In this document: positions 60,456-64,000 of the stretch, piece by piece | Layout of the letters: each line of letters begins with the position of its first letter | Numbering within the stretch: position 1 is the first letter of the stretch | Assembly (NCBI GenBank): GCA_963719315.1 | Contig: CAVRBU010000002.1 | Location: 544,001 to 608,000, forward strand | Reading direction: 5' to 3' | From: an uncultured Planctomycetota bacterium | Lineage (GTDB): Bacteria > Planctomycetota > Planctomycetia > Pirellulales > Lacipirellulaceae | DNA length: 64,000 nt | The notes under the pieces: model-generated | What the model was told of the DNA's origin: nothing | Seen by the model: only the letters and a program-made list of their open reading frames with translations | Database searches by the model: none | Program-made: the position numbers and the translations under genes

Positions 60456-61412
60456 ATGTTTTCAATTCATGCTAATCGGTTCACGCGAACGTTCGGCAGC
60501 GTCATTGCTGTGGTAGCTTTCATGACGGGGTTGTCACACGCCCTCGGTGAAGAAAAACTTGCCGATCCGATCTATCGAGTCGCGAACGAAACTTCTGCCG
60601 TTCAGCCCGCGGCAACCACTCAGAATCCTGCGCCCGTCGCTGGAGCCGTAGCTCCCCAAGCCGGGCCAACTCCGGGAACTGCGGCCGCTCAAACCGCGTT
60701 TGATTTGACCCAAAAGCCGGGCGAGCACCCGCTCCAGCCCGTGATTCGTGTGGTCAAAGCAAGCCAGGAAGAGATCGACCAAAAGATTCACGATTACTCG
60801 TGCAACCTGTTCAAGCAGGAACGGATTGACGGCGAACTGGGCGAGAAGCAACAAATCCTGCTGAAGGTCATGCACGCCCCGTTCAGCGTCTACATGTTGT
60901 TTTTGACGCCGTTCGCGGGCCGCGAAGTCGTGTACGTAGCCGGCCAGAACAACGGCAACATGGTCGTGCTAGAAGCCGGTTTCAAGCGTATGTTGGGAAA
61001 AATGAATCTCGATCCCAACGGGACACTGGCCATGAAGGGTCAGAAGCACCCGATCACGGACGTCGGCATCCGGAATCTGACCGTCAAACTAGCCAAAATG
61101 TGGGAGGCGGAAACCAAGTTCGCCGAATGTGAAGTAACTTCCAATCCGGACGTCAAGATCAACGGACGATCCACCACGATGATTCAGGTCATCCATCCCG
61201 TGCCGCGACAAGATTTTAAGTTTCACGCCGCCCGCTTATTCATGGACAACGAACTGAAGGTCCCGATCCACTTCGACGCCTACTTGTGGCCGGGGCAAGA
61301 GGGCAGTGATCCGCCGCTCGAAGAAAGTTACACCTACGCGAATCTGAAGCTCAACAACAATTACACGGCACGCGAATTCGATACCGTGAACAACCCGGAT
61401 ATCTTTAGGTAA
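60456..61412 (+). CDS. DUF1571-like exported protein
   Basis: AGGAG RBS, signal peptide, DYSCNLFKQERIDG, PFSVYM, GREVVY, LEESYTY. Confidence 0.75.
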   Translation: MFSIHANRFTRTFGSVIAVVAFMTGLSHALGEEKLADPIYRVANETSAVQPAATTQNPAPVAGAVAPQAGPTPGTAAAQTAFDLTQKPGEHPLQPVIRVVKASQEEIDQKIHDYSCNLFKQERIDGELGEKQQILLKVMHAPFSVYMLFLTPFAGREVVYVAGQNNGNMVVLEAGFKRMLGKMNLDPNGTLAMKGQKHPITDVGIRNLTVKLAKMWEAETKFAECEVTSNPDVKINGRSTTMIQVIHPVPRQDFKFHAARLFMDNELKVPIHFDAYLWPGQEGSDPPLEESYTYANLKLNNNYTAREFDTVNNPDIFR

Positions 61413-61466
61413 GAAGGTGTAAGGCGTAAGTAAAGGGACTTACAATTTGCGATCTATGCTTTCCTT

Positions 61467-62876
61467 CTAATACGCGTTTCGCTGCAGCAGCACCACGCGG
61501 AGCGTCTTGGCCAGGATTCTGGCGTCCATCCACAGCGACCATTCGCGAATGTACTGATGGTCGCAGGCCACGCGGCGTTCCATCTTGTCGAGCGTCTCGG
61601 TTTCGCCTCGATGGCCGCTCACTTGGGCCAGGCCCGTGATGCCCGGCTTCACTTTGTGCCGCAGCATGTAGCCGTTGATTAGGGAGCGATATTGCTCGTT
61701 GTGGGCAGTGGCGTGTGGCCGCGGACCCACGAGCGACATGCTGCCTTCCACGACGTTGAACAACTGTGGCAACTCATCGAGCGATGTCCGCCGCAAGAAA
61801 CGGCCGACTTTGGTGACGCGGGCGTCGTCGCGCGTCGCCTGCCGCACATTGCCACCATTTTCGCAGCAGGTCATCGTACGGAATTTCCAGACGAGGATTT
61901 CGCGGCCATCCAAACCGTACCGCCGCTGGCGGAAAAACACGGACCCCGACGACGTGAGCTTGATCGCCGCGGAGATGGCGAGCATCGGCAGCGCTGCGAT
62001 CGCCAGCAATAGCGACCCGACCACCACATCCATCGTCCGCTTCGCCAAACCGGCGATGCCATACAGCGGGTTTTCGAACACGCTCACGGCCGGCAAGCCG
62101 TCGATGTTCGTCCAGCGAGCGTGCAGCAACTCGAACACAAAAAAATCGGGCACGATGTATACACTGGCGGTCGTATCGCCCAACTTGGCGAGCACGTTGC
62201 GAATCCGCTCTTCAGCCCGCATCGGAAACGTGATGTAGATGATATCCAACTCACCGCGGCGGGCGCGACGGACTAATTCTTCCAAGTTGCCGGTGCGCGA
62301 CCCGACTAGGGACGGCAGTTCGGTCGTGCGATCGAGCGGCCGGTCATCGTAAAAGCCGGCGAGCCGCAGACCAATCTCGGGCGCCCGTTCGACATTCCGC
62401 GCGAGCTGAATCCCCAATTTGTTGACGCCGCAAATCGCATAACGGCGAATGTTGAAACCCCGGGCCCGGAGCTTCTGCTGGATCTTTCGCAGCACGATCC
62501 GGACCGCCACCATCGCGGCAGGCGTCGTGATTAGCCAAATCAATTTCGATTCATACGAATAGACGGCGTTGTGCCGCGTCACGAGGCCGATACCGAGCAA
62601 CACCGGCACCGTATAGCACCAGGTCAGCAATACGCAGCCAATTTCCCGCCGCAACCGCGTCCCACGCCAACTGCGGTACAGGCCGCTCAACTCGGCCGCG
62701 AAGTGGAACAGGAGAATCGTGGCCGTTGAAATCGTCAGCAACTCGGGCAAGCCGGTGTCCGCCGTTTGACCCATTGCCATGCGGACGGCGAGGCAGATTA
62801 CCGCGGCGTCGGCCAATCGATGCAAACTGTAAAGCAGCGATTCGTGAAATGAAATGCCACGCGAAACGGGCGACAT
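61467..62876 (-). CDS. wcaJ: Undecaprenyl-phosphate glucose phosphotransferase
   Basis: N-terminal TMs, KFRTM, SLDELPQLFNV..MSLVGPRP, KPGITGLAQV. Confidence 0.9.
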   Translation of the reverse strand: MSPVSRGISFHESLLYSLHRLADAAVICLAVRMAMGQTADTGLPELLTISTATILLFHFAAELSGLYRSWRGTRLRREIGCVLLTWCYTVPVLLGIGLVTRHNAVYSYESKLIWLITTPAAMVAVRIVLRKIQQKLRARGFNIRRYAICGVNKLGIQLARNVERAPEIGLRLAGFYDDRPLDRTTELPSLVGSRTGNLEELVRRARRGELDIIYITFPMRAEERIRNVLAKLGDTTASVYIVPDFFVFELLHARWTNIDGLPAVSVFENPLYGIAGLAKRTMDVVVGSLLLAIAALPMLAISAAIKLTSSGSVFFRQRRYGLDGREILVWKFRTMTCCENGGNVRQATRDDARVTKVGRFLRRTSLDELPQLFNVVEGSMSLVGPRPHATAHNEQYRSLINGYMLRHKVKPGITGLAQVSGHRGETETLDKMERRVACDHQYIREWSLWMDARILAKTLRVVLLQRNAY

Positions 62877-63356
62877 GATTTAGCTTCCCTCGGAAATCCC
62901 ACAACCCACTAGCGTCGGCGGCCACGCCGAATCGAGCACAATAATCCGCGACCCATCACCATCCGCCCTGCCCTACCCGCAGTCTGCGTGCCGGGCTCCT
63001 CCTACAACGCCGTTTTACGCCATTTTTTTCGCGATTTGGCGACTTCCCCGGGCTGATTTGCGTGCGGAATGTTGCGATTTCAATACATTCGGCGTATCCA
63101 TGCTGCCCCAGTTCACCGCACTGAAAGAGTCGCCCGGGGAACTTTCACCTCGGCAAAAACGTCTAATTTCCATTGCTGCGCCAACTGTTGATTTGCCGCG
63201 GAACGGGTTTCTTGTCCACAAACTGGCCCCAGACGCACCGGCCGGATTTCGCAAAATAAGGTGGACCTTGACGCGGTTCACCTCGTACAACAAGGGACGC
63301 CCGGCCGAGAGTCTTCGGTTTGATTTCCGCATTCCCGCCCGATCGGAACTGCTACG

Positions 63357-64000
63357 ATGCTTCGATTGAGTCTTCTCATGCTGACCCTTGTCGCGGGGGT
63401 TGTCGTCGCGATGGTCCAGACCGGCGCTAACGCCGAAAACGCACGGCCGACGCTGGAAATCCTTCTAAAAATGCACGCCGACGGAAACCACAAGGATGCC
63501 TACGAGGGTCTTCGCAAGTTCGTGATGTCGAAGGATGCCGCATCGGCCGATTTGCCAAAAGCCCTCGATGCGGCGATCGACTGCTTGCAAAAGCTTAACC
63601 GCGTGGATGAGATCGACGCCTTCCGCGAAGAGGCCGTCAAAGCCCATTCGACTGACTGGCGGCTACTGTCTGCCGTCGCCGAGTCGTATCAAAACATTCA
63701 GCATTTCGGCTACATGATCGGCGGCGAGTTTCTCCGCGGTCAGCATCGGGGCGGCGGCAAGATCGTCCACGCCACGGCCCGTGACCGCGTGCGGGCGCTA
63801 CAGCTTTTTCGAACCGCGATGCAGCAGGCCGCATTTGCGGACAACAAGGCCGAGCCAGCCGAAATGCTCCGCCATTTCGCCGAAGCGCTGATGATCGGCA
63901 ATGAAGCGTGGCGGCTGCAATTGCTAACCGCCCTGGATCGGCTCCCCGATTACGAAGATGGCTACGGCTATGGATACGGCGGCCCGCCGCAGGGTGCGCC
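63357..64000 (+). CDS. Probable alpha-2-macroglobulin family protein, N-terminus (partial)
   Basis: Read by hand: MLRLSLLMLTLVAGVVVAM..DGNHKDAYEG..HFGYMIGGEFLRGQHRGGG..ARDRVRALQLF; open to the window end. Family call is from recall of planctomycete A2M N-termini. Confidence 0.6.
   Translation, partial: MLRLSLLMLTLVAGVVVAMVQTGANAENARPTLEILLKMHADGNHKDAYEGLRKFVMSKDAASADLPKALDAAIDCLQKLNRVDEIDAFREEAVKAHSTDWRLLSAVAESYQNIQHFGYMIGGEFLRGQHRGGGKIVHATARDRVRALQLFRTAMQQAAFADNKAEPAEMLRHFAEALMIGNEAWRLQLLTALDRLPDYEDGYGYGYGGPPQGA

Noticed and set aside
62877..63356. ncRNA or small gene in the wcaJ / alpha-2-macroglobulin divergent spacer
   Set aside because: No recognisable RNA motif or credible ORF; consistent with a plain divergent promoter region.

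Overview
This is a GC-rich bacterial chromosome segment. Gene content and style point to Planctomycetota, probably Pirellulales-like (inference from oleA, a PEP-CTERM protein, DUF1571-like and secretin-N-repeat proteins, and an alpha-2-macroglobulin N-terminus). Housekeeping genes include topA, acpS, a cystathionine gamma-synthase family gene, cinA-nadE, xylB, prpB-prpC, acyP, skp-lpxC-lpxA-gnnA-like, birA and wcaJ. The most interesting block (about 23.5-35.2 kb) is a dedicated type II fatty-acid/polyene cluster: fabF, ACP, two phytoene-desaturase-like FAD oxidoreductases, fabZ and fabI, with a lone oleA nearby. Its gene junctions are packed with insertions: periodic-hairpin elements, a cargo ORF, an IS30-like MITE, and a cassette-like duplication of variable membrane-anchored paralogues plus a dead 5' copy of one oxidoreductase. 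Other notable signals are a SAM-II-like aptamer and terminator upstream of the methionine-pathway gene, a complete ISKra4-family element with a 9-bp target duplication, two likely pseudoenzymes (CinA C-domain, peptidase-C26-like protein), and many REP-like and short-period inverted repeats, one of them in-frame inside a CDS. Several single-base frameshifts (topA, acpS, NUDIX, PEP-CTERM, transposase) look like sequencing or assembly indels. No rRNA, tRNA or CRISPR array was seen. All calls are by eye; no searches were run.
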